Below are positions 1 to 12,077 of a DNA stretch of 50,579 nt, piece by piece. How positions within the stretch are numbered: position 1 is the first letter of the stretch; every line of letters begins with the position of its first letter. The stretch spans positions 1-50,579 of the forward strand of contig NIVC01003420.1 of the NCBI GenBank assembly GCA_002269645.1. Reading direction: 5' to 3'. A program made the position numbers and the translations under genes. Source of the stretch: Macrostomum lignano. Lineage: Eukaryota. Below the pieces are notes generated by a model. It was not told the origin of the DNA and did no database searches. It saw nothing but the letters and a program-made list of their open reading frames with translations.

Positions 1-231
1 TCAGATGAAAACCATAAAAATTTCTGGTCCGGAAGAGATTTCCATCTGCGGATATAATTTCTGGGAGAAAAAATCTGTCACGAAAGCTTAAATTAGACAT
101 TTCTTCATTTCTGAAGCCCCAACTGTGGCCTCCTGGAGCTGTCACACAGTGACTTGGAGGGCTTCAGCGTCTTCCTTTTTAAATAGATTTTTTGAGTCTA
201 ATTTTGAGTTTTTCTGTGCTCAGAAACACCA

Positions 232-500
232 GTTTGTGTCAGCCCCAGTCCAGTTTGTGTCAGCCCAGTCCAGTTTGTGTCAGCCCAGTCCAGTTTGTGT
301 CAGCCCAGTCCAGTTTGTGTCAGCCCAGTCCAGTTTGTCAGCCCAGTCCAGTTTGTGTCAGCCCCAGTCCAGTTTGTGTCAGCCCCAGTCCAGTTTGTGT
401 CAGCCCAGTCCAGTTTGTGTCAGCCCCAGTCCAGTTTGTGTCAGCCCAGTCCAGTTTGTGTCAGCCCAGTCAGTTTGTGTCAGCCCAGTCAGTTGTGTCA
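232..500. repeat. 20/21-bp minisatellite (cagtttgtgtcagccc[c]agtc), ~13 units, in a ZnT intron
   Basis: Tandem units read directly; they explain the repeat-derived ORFs 125..648. Confidence 0.95.
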
Positions 501-507
501 GGCGCAC

Positions 508-653
508 CTGCTCTGTGCCAGCCGAAGCTCATGGCCTTGGTGCGGGGCGGGCTGCCAGGTACACGGCCAGCAGGCTGATCATGAAGCTGGCAAAGTCGGT
601 GAGCAGGTGAGCAGCGTCGGTCATAATCGCCAGGCTGCGGGCCATTGAACCAC
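508..653 (-). CDS. SLC30A2-like: SLC30/ZnT2-like zinc transporter, coding exon 4 (TM2 region), apparent 1-nt deletion
   Basis: Reverse strand: cag|GT GGT TCA ATG... = [37 protein letters not shown], then in a shifted frame [11 protein letters not shown], ending G|gtgcgc. This matches the CDF-family [14 protein letters not shown] and FGWHRAE motifs. The exon is 146 nt, one short of a multiple of 3. Confidence 0.9.
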
Positions 654-932
654 CTGCATGGGGGATGTATGTACCGATATGTATCGAAAACGATTCAGTA
701 AGATGAAAACGCCGGTCAGAGAAGCGCTCAGCAAAAGCAACACAACTAAGTGGAGTCGGTTAGAGGCCTCAGTCTGAAGCAGCTCGCCTCAAAGGATCAA
801 ATTTTACTTCCTTTCTCTGCCTGTTTGACTTCCCAGCTCTCCGGGGACTTAGCTGCATCAAAAACTCTCACCGGTGGCTCAGACTGCCTGGCGCCAGGAG
901 GGAACAGCAAAGCTTGGATTTGGCTTGAGCTG

Positions 933-1058
933 CTCATCTAGATTCTCATATCTACTCATCTAGATTCTCATATCTACTCATCTAGATTCTCTTATCTACT
1001 CATCTAGATTCTCATATCTACTCATCTAGATTCTCATATCTACTCATCTAGATTCTCA
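933..1058. repeat. 22-bp tandem repeat (ctcatctagattctcatatcta), ~5.5 units
   Basis: Read directly. Confidence 0.9.
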
Positions 1059-1160
1059 CAAGCTGCTCAGACTCTCATAAGCTGCTCAGACAGACTCTCA
1101 TAAGCTGCTCAGACAGACTCTCATAAGCTGCTCAGACAGACTCTCAAAAGCTGCTCAGAC
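1059..1160. repeat. 23-bp tandem repeat (gctgctcagacagactctcataa), ~4.5 units
   Basis: Period 23 (unit starts at 1081, 1104, 1127). Confidence 0.9.
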
Positions 1161-1198
1161 AGCATATCAGACCAGCCGCCTCCCCGATCCCATCGCAC

Positions 1199-1309
1199 CG
1201 ATGATCTCTCCCGTCATGAACACCAGGCAGATGCCGCTAGCAATCAGCAGCTTCTTCCTGGCGTGGGTGTCCACGCTGGCCGTCTGGTCCACGCCTCCAT
1301 GGCAATGAT
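1199..1309 (-). CDS. SLC30A2-like: SLC30/ZnT2-like zinc transporter, coding exon 3 (HCH motif and TM1)
   Basis: cag|AT CAT TGC CAT... = HCHGGVDQTASVDTHARKKLLIASGICLVFMTGEIIG, ending G|gtgcg. 111 nt, phase 1 to phase 1. HCH and ARxKL...CxxFMxGE are typical of ZnT2/3/8. Confidence 0.92.
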
Positions 1310-1403
1310 CTGCGAACGGGGCCACCGAGTTTCAGCTTCATTCATTCCCTGAGCAGTTGCCAGCGCATTGAGCACGAATTAGGCAGCCTTGCAGTGGACT
1401 TAC

Positions 1404-1441
1404 TTGCGTGGTCCAGCTGAAGAGCATCGTAAGTTGTCCGG
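1404..1441 (-). CDS. SLC30A2-like: ZnT gene coding exon 2 (RTTYDALQLDHA)
   Basis: ttttcactccag acceptor and gtaagt donor. 38 nt, phase 2 to phase 1, joining exons 1 and 3 in frame. Confidence 0.75.
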
Positions 1442-1501
1442 CTGGAGTGAAAATACGAGTGTTTCTGTTCGATAAACTGTATCTCTGACCCCTCTACCCC
1501 A

Positions 1502-4338
1502 CCCTCTCCTTTGCCTGCGCCCCCTCCCTTCCTCTGCCTGTGCCCTCTCCTTCCTCTGCCTGTGCCCTCTCCTTCTCTGCCTGTGCCCTCTCCCTTCCTC
1601 TGTCTGTGCCCTCTCCCTTTGCCTGCGCCCTCTCCCTTCCTCTGCCTGCGCCCTCTCCCTTCCTCTGCCTGTGCCCTCTCCCTTCCTCTGCCTGTGCCCT
1701 CTCCCTTCCTCTGCCTGTGCCCTCTCCCTTCCTCTGCCTGCGCCCTCTCCCTTCCTCTGCCTGTGCCCTCTCCCTTCCTCTGCCTGTGCCCTCTCCCTTC
1801 CTCTGCCTGTGCCCTCTCCCTTCCTCTGCCTGTGCCCTCTCCCTTCCTCTGCCTGTGCCCTCTCCTTCCTCTGCCTGTGCCTCTCCCTTCCTCTGCCTGT
1901 GCCCTCTCCCTTCCTCTGTCTGTGCCCTCTCCCTTTGCCTGCGCCCCTCCCTTCCTCTGCCTGCGCCTTCCCTTCCTCTGCCTGTGCCCTCTCCCTTCCT
2001 CTGCCTGTGCCCTCTCCCTTCCTCTGCCTGTGCCCTCTCTCTTCCTCTGTCTGTGCCCTCTCCCTTTGCCTGCGCCCCTCCCTTCCTCTGCCTGCGCCCT
2101 CTCCCTTCCTCTGTCTGTGCCTCTCCCTTCCTCTGCCGCCCTCTCCCTTCCTCTGCCTGTGCCTCTCCCTTCCTCTGTCTGTGCCCTCTCCTTTGCCTGT
2201 GCCCTCTCCTTTGCCTGCGCCCTCTCCCTTCCTCTGTCTGTGCCCTCTCCCTTTGCCTGTGCCCTCTCCCTTTGCCTGCGCCCTCTCCCTTCCTCTGTCT
2301 GTGCCCTCTCCCTTCCTCTGCCTGTGCCCTCTCCCTTCCTCTGCCTGTGCCCTCTCCCTTCCTCTGCCTGTGCCCTCTCCCTCTCCCTTTGCCTGTGCCC
2401 TCTCCCTTCCTCTGCCTGTGCCCTCTCCCTTCCTCTGCCTGTGCCCTCTCCCTTCCTCTGCCTGTGCCCTCTCCCTTCCTCTGTCTGTGCCCTCTCCCTT
2501 TGCCTGTGCCCTCTCCCTTTGCCTGCGCCCTCTCCCTTCCTCTGTCTGTGCCCTCTCCCTTCCTCTGCCTGTGCCCTCTCCCTTCCTCTGTCTGTGCCTC
2601 TCCCTTTGCCTGCGCCCCCTCCCTTCCTCTGCCTGTGCCCTCTCCCTTCCTCTGCCTGTGCCCTCTCCCTTCCTCTGTCTGTGCCCTCTCCCTTTGCCTG
2701 CGCCCCCTCCCTTCCTCTGCCTGTGCCCTCTCCCTTCCTCTGCCTGTGCCCTCTCCCTTCCTCTGTCTGTGCCCTCTCCCTTTGCCTGCGCCCTCTCCCT
2801 TCCTCTGCCTGTGCCCTCTCCCTTCCTCTGCCTGTGCCCTCTCCCTTCCTCTGCCTGTGCCCTCTCCCGCTCCCTTTGCCTGTGCCCTCTCCCTTCCTCT
2901 GCCTTGCCCTCTCCCTTCCTCTGCCTGTGCCCTCTCCCTTCCTCTGCCTGTGCCCTCTCCCTTCCTCTGCCTGTGCCCTCTCCCTTCCTCTGCCTGTGCC
3001 CTCTCCCTTCCTCTGCCTGTGCCCTCTCCCTTCCTCTGCCTGTGCCCTCTCCCTTCCTCTGTCTGTGCCCTCTCCCTTTGCCTGCGCCCCCTCCCTTCCT
3101 CTGCCTGCGCCCTCTCCCTTCCTCTGCCTGTGCCCTCTCCCTTCCTCTGCCTGTGCCCTCTCCCTCTCCCTTTGCCTGTGCCCTCTCCCTTCCTCTGCCT
3201 TTGCCCTCTCCCTTCCTCTGCCTGTGCCCTCTCCCTTCCTCTGCCTGTGCCCTCTCCCTTCCTCTGCCTGTGCCCTCTCCCTTCCTCTGCCTTTGCCCTC
3301 TCCCTTCCTCTGCCTGTGCCCTCTCCCTTTGCCTGCGCCCTCTCCCTTCCTCTGCCTGTGCCCTCTCCCTTCCTCTGCCTGTGCCCTCTCCCTTCCTCTG
3401 CCTGCGCCCTCTCCCTTCCTCTGCCTGTGCCCTCTCCCTTTGCCTGCGCCCTCTCCCTTCCTCTGCCTGTGCCCTCTCCCTTCCTCTGCCTGCGCCCCTC
3501 CCTTCCTCTGCCTCTGCCCTCTCCCTTCCTCTGCCTGTGCCCTCTCCCTTCCTCTGCCTGTGTCCTCTCCCTTCCTCTGCCTGTGCCCTCTCCCTTCCTC
3601 TGTCTGTGCCCTCTCCCTTTGCCTGTGCCCTCTCCCTTTGCCTGTGCCCTCTCCCTTCCTCTGCCTGTGCCCTCTCCCTTCCTCTGCCTGTGCCCTCTCC
3701 CTTCCTCTGTCTGTGCCCTCTCCCTTTCTCTGCCTGTGCCCTCTCCCTTTGCCTGTGCCCTCTCCCTTTGCCTGTGCCCTCTCCCTTCCTCTGCCTGTGC
3801 CCTCTCCCTTCCTCTGCCTGTGCCCTCTCCCTCTCCCTTTGCCTGTGCCCTCTCCCTTTGCCTGTGCCCTCTCCCTTCCTCTGTCTGTGCCCTCTCCCTT
3901 CCTCTGCATGTGCCCTCTCCCTTTGCCTGTGCCCTCTCCCTTCCTCTGCCTGTGCCCTCTCCCTTCCTCTGCCTGTGCCCTCTCCCTTTGCCTGTGCCCT
4001 CTCCCTTCCTCTGCCTGTGCCCTCTCCCTTCCTCTGCCTGTGCCCTCTCCCTTCCTCTGCCTGTGCCCTCTCCCTTCCTCTGCCTGTGCCCTCTCCCTCT
4101 CCCTTTGCCTGTGCCCTCTCCCTTCCTCTGCCTGTGCCCTCTCCCTTCCTCTGCCTGTGCCCTCTCCCTTCCTCTGCCTGTGCCCTCTCCATTTGCCTGT
4201 GCCCTCTCCATTTGCCTGTGCCCTCTCCATTTGCCTGTGCCCTCTCCCTTCCTCTGCCTGTGCCCTCACCCTTCCTCTGCCTGTGCCCTCTCCCTTCCTC
4301 TGCCTGTGCCCTCTCCTTCCTTTGCCTCTGCCCCTCTT
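1502..4338. repeat. 2.8-kb pyrimidine-rich minisatellite, 23-bp unit gcctgtgccctctcccttcctct with 19-bp variant gcctgtgccctctcccttt, ~125 units, in ZnT intron 1
   Basis: Read directly; no stop codon in any frame, which explains the six ~900-aa ORFs. Confidence 0.97.
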
Positions 4339-4776
4339 CTAGAAGAAGTTCTGATGTTTTGAATCCCTCCTGCTAGCCGTGCCTGACAGATCCCTATAGC
4401 CCAGCAAATTGAAGCCCAGATCCCCCGAGGCCAGCCTTCAACGGATGAAGCTGCTGGTTAATTAGATTCTACTCGCGTTCCCGCCGCCTTCAGGCGCTCC
4501 ATCCGCGCTTAATGCCGGCAATGCCAAGCCAAGGGAATCGGAAATGTTCCATCGGTGTTGAATTAAAATTTCAAAACTGCGGTGAGCCGGCAGTTCAGTT
4601 TTGTACAGTAAACAGGAAATGGAGCCGGCACCATGCCTTTGAAGCTCTTTGATGCAGCTGCGGTGTTTGCAAAGACCAACCCGGATAAACTGTCCGATAA
4701 TCTGCTTCCACAATTTTGCTCAACAGCCTCATGCAGCTTGGATTGCCGCTTCCCAACCTAGCGTGCTGCGGTGCGA

Positions 4777-5468
<692 letters not shown>

Positions 5469-5849
5469 TTGCGTGAATGAACTACTCGTAAAAATACTTT
5501 AGATCTCTGCCTCACACCGATATTTAATGAACTTTTTGCCAGGTCAAGCAGTTCTTCACTCTTTGAACCAGCCATTCAACTTCATTGGAGACTTTTTTAG
5601 GCAGACGGAGCCGAAGAAAGGCGTTGTTAATTTATTCTGCAAATAACTTTCTACGAGTTTGAGTATTTGAGTAGAAAATTAAAAAACCATCCTGCTCGAC
5701 TTCTTCCAACTCAGAATTCCGGCTTCCGTGATGTGAAGTTTGTTTGCCTGATCCTGGAGTCGGGTTCCTATTACAGCTTCTTAGACTGACTCACTGGCTC
5801 TCTCTCGGTCTCCCGCTATTGAAGTTTCACTGAGGTAGCTCCCAAGGTG

Positions 5850-6105
5850 AGCCCTCTCTCCCTCTCACCCTCTCTCCCAGTCTCCCTCTCTCCCAGTCTC
5901 CCTTCCTCCCAGCCTCCCTCTCTCCCTCTCTCCCTCACCCTTCCGTCTCTCCGTCTCTTGCTCTCTTCCAGTCTCCCTCTCTCCCTCTCCCCCTCTCCCC
6001 CTCTCCCACTCTCTCCACCTCTCCCTCTCTTCCAGTCTCCCTCTCTCTCTCCGCCTCTCTCCCTCTCTCTCTCCCTCTCTACCCTTCTCCCTCTATCCCT
6101 CTCTT
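5850..6105. repeat. CT-rich low-complexity tract
   Basis: Read directly. Confidence 0.85.
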
Positions 6106-6191
6106 TGTTCCCTCATTGTCCCAATCTAACAAATTAGCTGATTCTCTGTCCCCTCTCACCCCAAAGCCTCCGTCACCACCTTCAGCCTCAC

Positions 6192-6289
6192 CCGGCTCCG
6201 GAGGCGCCCTCCTGCCGGCCGGCAGTGATGAGGTTGGCCTTGTCGCCCCTGTCTCCGCCGCTCACTCGCTCCGCCAGCTGGGCGAACAT
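6192..6289 (-). CDS. SLC30A2-like: ZnT gene putative first coding exon (MFAQLAERVSGGDRGDKANLITAGRQEGASGAG)
   Basis: ATG at 6289, GC3-rich codons, donor GG|gtgagg in phase 2 matching exon 1404-1441. Confidence 0.7.
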
Positions 6290-6530
6290 GTCCTGCAGAT
6301 GCCGGCTGAACTGCGGCTCGCTCGGTTTGGGGCGCGTGGCTTGGCTAATTTTAAACACGCCGGATTTTCCCGTCTCGATATGGACAGCCCAGGCTGGCTG
6401 AGAGCCCTGGAGCCAATGGGAAGCTGCTGAGAACAGCGAGATGCAGTGAGATAATGATTCGTATTGGCGGTAGATCAGGTTGGTGACTGGAGAGAAAGGA
6501 AGGTGAAAAATTGCAAATGCTTTCAAGCAC

Positions 6531-7637
6531 GCTAGATTAGCAATCCATGATGGGCTAGATTAGCAATCCATGATAGGCTAGATTAGCAATCCATGATGGG
6601 CTAGATAAGCAATCCATGATAGGCTAGATTAGCAATCCATGATAGGCTAGATTAGCAATCCATGATGGGCTAGATAAGCAATCCATGATGGGCTAGATTA
6701 GCAATCCATGATGGGCTAGATTAGCAATCCATGATGGGCTTGATTAGCAATCCATTCTATTCCTGCAGCCATGATAGGCTAGATTAGCAATCCATTCTAT
6801 TCCTGCACCCATGATAGGCTAGATTAGCAATCCATTCTATTCCTGCAGCCATAATAGGCTAGATTAGCAATCCATTCTATTCCTGCACCCATGATAGGCT
6901 AGATTAGCAATCCATGATGGGCTAGATTAGCAATCCATTCTATTCCTGCACCCATGATAGGCTAGATTAGCAATCCATGATGGGCTAGATTAGCAATCCA
7001 TGATGGGCTAGATTAGCAATCCATGATGGGCTAGATTAGCATCCATGATAGGCTAGATTAGCAATCCATGATGGGCTAGATTAGCAATCCATGATGGGCT
7101 AGATTAGCAATCCATGATAGGCTAGATTAGCAATCCATGATGGGCTAGATTAGCAATCCATGATGGGCTAGATTAGCAATCCATTCTATTCCTGCAGCCA
7201 TGACAGGCTAGATTAGCAATCCATTCTATTCCTTGCCACATGATAGGCTAGATTAGCAATCCATTCTATTCCTGCACCCATGATAGGCTAGATTAGCAAT
7301 CCATTCTATTCCTACACCCATGATAGGCTAGATTAGCAATCCATTCTATTCCTGCACCCATGATAGGCTAGATTAGCAATCCATTCTATTCCTGCACCCA
7401 TGATAGGCTAGATTAGCAATCCATTCTATTCCTGCACCCATGATAGGCTAGATTAGCAATCCGTTCTGTTCCTGCAGCCATGATAGGCTAGATTAGCAAT
7501 CCATTCTATTCCTGCATCCATGATAGGCTAGATTAGCAATCCATTCTATTCCTGCACCCATGATTTCTAGATTAGCAATCCATTCTACTCCTGCATCCCT
7601 GATGGGCTAGATTAGCAGTCCATTCTATTCCTGCACC
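6531..7637 (+). repeat. Satellite left arm: 23-bp units (ggctagattagcaatccatgat[a/g]) grading into 40-bp units (same unit plus tctattcctgca[c/g]ccat)
   Basis: Read directly. Confidence 0.95.
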
Positions 7638-7889
7638 AGCGCCACGGCTACGGGCAAAAGTCGCAGCTAATCGGTCGCGCAGCCTCACACTGATTCACAA
7701 ACATTTCTGGGCCAGGTCAATTCAGGGGCGGCAGAAAAGTGCAGACCATCAAAATAAATAGCTGCTCCAGAACTGAGCAAACCGGCCGACTATTTGATGA
7801 TGCCTGCCCAGCCCTACTGGCAGCGCCACCGAACAGACGGGTTGAAATCGCTTCCCACATTATACAGCTGATTAACTGATAGACAGGTA

Positions 7890-9918
7890 CGATGCAGGAA
7901 TAGAATGGATTGCTAATCTAGCCTATCATGGATGCAGGAATAGAACGAATTGCTAATCTAGCCTATCATGGCTGCAGGAATAGAATGGATTGCTAATCTA
8001 GCCTATCATGGCTGCAGGAATAGAATGGATTGCTAATCTAGCCTATCATGGCTGCAGGAATAGAACGGATTGCTAATCTAGCCTATCATGGGTGCAGGAA
8101 TAGAATGGATTGCTAATCTAGCCTATCATGGATGCAGGAATAGAACGGATTGCTAATCTAGCCTATCATGGGTGCAGGAATAGAACGAATTGCTAATCTA
8201 GCCTATCATGGATGCAGGAATAGAATGGATTGCTAATCTAGCCTATCATGGCTGCAGGAATAGAACGGATTGCTAATCTAGCCTATCATGGGTGCAGGAA
8301 TAGAATGGATTGCTAATCTAGCCTATCATGGGTGCAGGAATAGAATGGATTGCTAATCTAGCCTATCATGGCTGCAGGAATAGAACGGATTGCTAATCTA
8401 GCCTATCATGGCTGCAGGAATAGAATGGATTGCTAATCTAGCCTATCATGGATGCAGGAATAGAATGGATTGCTAATCTAGCCTATCACGGATGCAGGAA
8501 TAGAATGGATTGCTAATCTAGCCTATCATGGCTGCAGGAATAGAACGGATTGCTAATCTAGCCTATCATGGATGCAGGAATAGAATGGATTGCTAATCTA
8601 GCTTATCATGGATGCAGGAATAGAATGGATTGCTAATCTAGCCTATCATGGCTGCAGGAATAGAACGGATTGCTAATCTAGCCTATCATGGCTGCAGGAA
8701 TAGAACGGATTGCTAATCTAGCCTATCATGGCTGCAGGAATAGAATGCATTGCTAATCTAGCCTATCATGGCTGCAGGAATAGAACGGATTGCTAATCTA
8801 GCCTATCATGGCTGCAGGAATAGAATGGATTGCTAATCTAGCCTATCATGGATGCAGGAATAGAATGCATTGCTAATCTAGCCTATCATGGATGCAGGAA
8901 TAGAATGGATTGCTAATCTAGCCTATCATGGATGCAGGAATAGAATGGATTGCTAATCTAGCCTATCATGGGTGCAGGAATAGAATGGATTGCTAATCTA
9001 GCCTATCATGGATGCAGGAATAGAACGGATTGCTAATCTAGCCTATCATGGCTGCAGGAATAGAACGGATTGCTAATCTAGCCTATCATGGCTGCAGGAA
9101 TAGAATGCATTGCTAATCTAGCCTATCATGGCTGCAGGAATAGAACGGATTGCTAATCTAGCCTATCATGGCTGCAGGAATAGAATGCATTGCTAATCTA
9201 GCCTATCATGGATGCAGGAATAGAATGGATTGCTAATCTAGCCTATCATGGATGCAGGAATAGAATGGATTGCTAATCTAGCCTATCATGGATGCAGGAA
9301 TAGAATGGATTGCTAATCTAGCCTATCATGGATGCAGGAATAGAATGGATTGCTAATCTAGCCTATCATGGATGCAGGAATAGAACGGATTGCTAATCTA
9401 GCCTATCATGGCTGCAGGAATAGAATGGATTGCTAATCTAGCCTATCATGGCTGCAGGAATAGAATGGATTGCTAATCTAGCCTATCATGGCTGCAGGAA
9501 TAGAATGGATTGCTAATCTAGCCTATCATGGCTGCAGGAATAGAATGCATTGCTAATCTAGCCTATCATGGGTGCAGGAATAGAATGGATTGCTAATCTA
9601 GCCTATCATGGGTGCAGGAATAGAATGGATTGCTAATCTAGCCTATCATGGCTGCAGGAATAGAATGGATTGCTAATCTAGCCTATCATGGATGCAGGAA
9701 TAGAATGGATTGCTAATCTAGCCTATCATGGCTGCAGGAATAGAATGGATTGCTAATCTAGCCTATCATGGATGCAGGAATAGAATGGATTGCTAATCTA
9801 GCCTATCATGGCTGCAGGAATAGAATGGATTGCTAATCTAGCCTATCATGGATGCAGGAATAGAATGGATTGCTAATCTAGCCTATCATGGCTGCAGGAA
9901 TAGAATGGATTGCTAATC
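7890..9918 (-). repeat. Satellite right arm: ~51 copies of the 40-bp unit in inverted orientation
   Basis: g[a/c/g]tgcaggaatagaatggattgctaatctagcctatcatg is the reverse complement of the left-arm 40-mer. Confidence 0.97.
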
Positions 9919-10476
9919 CAACCTACCTCGGAACAGGAATGCAAGGATCATATTTATTATATTGCTTTCTTTTCTTTCAGTTAGTGGGAGAATTGAATCT
10001 GGTAGAGCATTTGCCCACCCCTCACAGTGCATACTTTCATCCCACATGCCCAGTGCCAGTGCTCCCCTCTCAGGCTGAGCACTGCTGCACTTAGCTAAAC
10101 ATTGTCAGTTTGTTCAAACTCCCTCGATTCCAGAGCTGGACGGCAGATTGCAAACAATTGGCACAATTCAATGGCTAATTTTTGTTCATCTTCTCCGTCC
10201 AATCGTTGGTGCGGAACTCAGCTGAAGTACAAATTAAATATTACCGGATGGCCGGCCCGTGGCAATTCCATGGGGATTGGGGATTAATGGCAAATCAATC
10301 TTCCCTCAGTCTGGCTCCCTTCTAAATAATATTGTGGCCTGAAGTTCAGTGCTCAGAATCTATGATTGAAGCGTGCAGTGCTATCGTTTGAGATGTGGCT
10401 CGGCATTGGCTTCTCATCTGAGCTTTGACTCAACTCGCCAATGAAATGCATCTTGCGATTTCTGTATGTTCTGTCT

Positions 10477-11541
10477 TATGAGTCACTCCAATCTCGACTC
10501 AAAAGTCACTCCAATATTAACTCAAAAGTCACTCCAATATTAACTCAAAAGTCACTCCAATATTAACTCATGAGTCACTCCAATGTCAACTTATGAGTCA
10601 CTCCAATATCAACTCATGAGTCACTCCAATCTCAACTCATGAGTCACTCCAATCTCAACTCATGAGTCACTCCAATCTCAACTCATGAGTCACTCCAATC
10701 TCAACTCATGAGTCACTCTAATCTCAACTCATGAGTCACTCCAATCTCAACTCATGAGTCACTCCAATCTTAACTCAAGAGTCACTCCAATCTCAATCAT
10801 GAGTCACTCCAATCTTAACTCAAGAGTCACTCCAATCTTAATCATGAGTAACTCCAATCTTAACTCAAGAGTCACTCCAATCTTAACTCAAGAGTCACTC
10901 CAATATTAATTCATGAGTCACTCCAATATTAACTCATGAGTCACTCCAATATTAACTAATGAGTCACTCCAATATTAACTAATGAGTCACTCCAATATTA
11001 ACTCATGAGTCACTCTAATCTCAACTCATGAGTCACTCCAATCTTAACTCAAGAGTCACTCCAATCTCAATCATGAGTCACTCCAATCTCAATCATGAGT
11101 CACTCCAATCTTAACTCAAGAGTCACTCCAATCTTAATCATGAGTCACTCCAATCTTAACTCAAGAGTCACTCCAATCTTAACTCAAGAGTCACTCCAAT
11201 ATTAACTCATGAGTCACTCCAATATTAACTCATAAGTCACTCCAATCTCAACTCATGAGTCACTCCAATATTAACTCATAAGTCACTCCAATATCAACTC
11301 ATGAGTCACTCCAATATTAACTCATAAGTCACTCCAATATCAACTCATGAGTCACTCCAATATTAACTCATAAGTCACTCCAATATCAACTCATGAGTCA
11401 CTCCAATATTAACTCATAAGTCACTCCAATATCAACTCATGAGTCACTCCAATCTCAACTCATGAGTCACTCCAATCTCAACTCATGAGTCACTCCAATC
11501 TCAACTCATGAGTCACGCCAATCTTAACTCATGAGTCACTC
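10477..11541. repeat. 23-bp satellite (atgagtcactccaatctcaactc), ~46 units, most containing TGAGTCA
   Basis: Period 23 (tcactcc at 10621 and 10644). Confidence 0.96.
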
Positions 11542-11750
11542 TTGCCCAGTCGAAGGAGTCATCTCATCTCCTGAATCCTCGTCTTCTCAGAACTCCCAGC
11601 TCTACTCTCTTCTTCTGGGTAGACGCCACTCACCAGCACCTGAGTTCGAGAGGCAGCATCCTCTCCGTATTCAATTTGCTCATCCTGCTCACGCGCAGAG
11701 TCCCGGATGCTGCACGCAGGATGGCCGAACGAAAGGCGAACCTGGCCAAG
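11531..11750 (+). other. Putative upstream exon of the DEG/ENaC gene
   Basis: GC-rich unique segment ending in a strong donor ccaag|gtaagc. Its phase (1) matches acceptor ttgttcgcag|TC at 14000 in the channel frame. Confidence 0.4.
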
Positions 11751-12077
11751 GTAAGCAAAGGCCTGCCCATCGATCAGTGAGGGCTTCATCTAAATAATTC
11801 TACAGGGAGAAGTACGTTCAAAAAAACTACTGATATTTTAAAGAAGATAAATTAGCAACCCATTTAGCTTATAAAAATTTTGTATCACGCGAGCACTTGT
11901 CACTTACAAGCATATGACTACAAGAGATGCGGAAGGTTAATTTTGCAGAATTAAAAAAAAATCCGAATGCTTAAACATCTACTTTTAGTAGAAAATAGAT
12001 TTTTAATTCTTATTTTCAAATTAGAAATATTTTTGTAATTCAAAATTATTGAGCAAAGTGTATGCAACAAGTTTCTC

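Noticed and set aside
1342-4376. Six ~900-975 aa ORFs
   Set aside because: They are translations of a stop-free 23/19-bp minisatellite in all six frames, inside a ZnT intron.
6531-11541. CRISPR-like appearance of the 23/40-bp arrays
   Set aside because: The units are contiguous with no unique spacers, there are no cas genes, and the context is eukaryotic.
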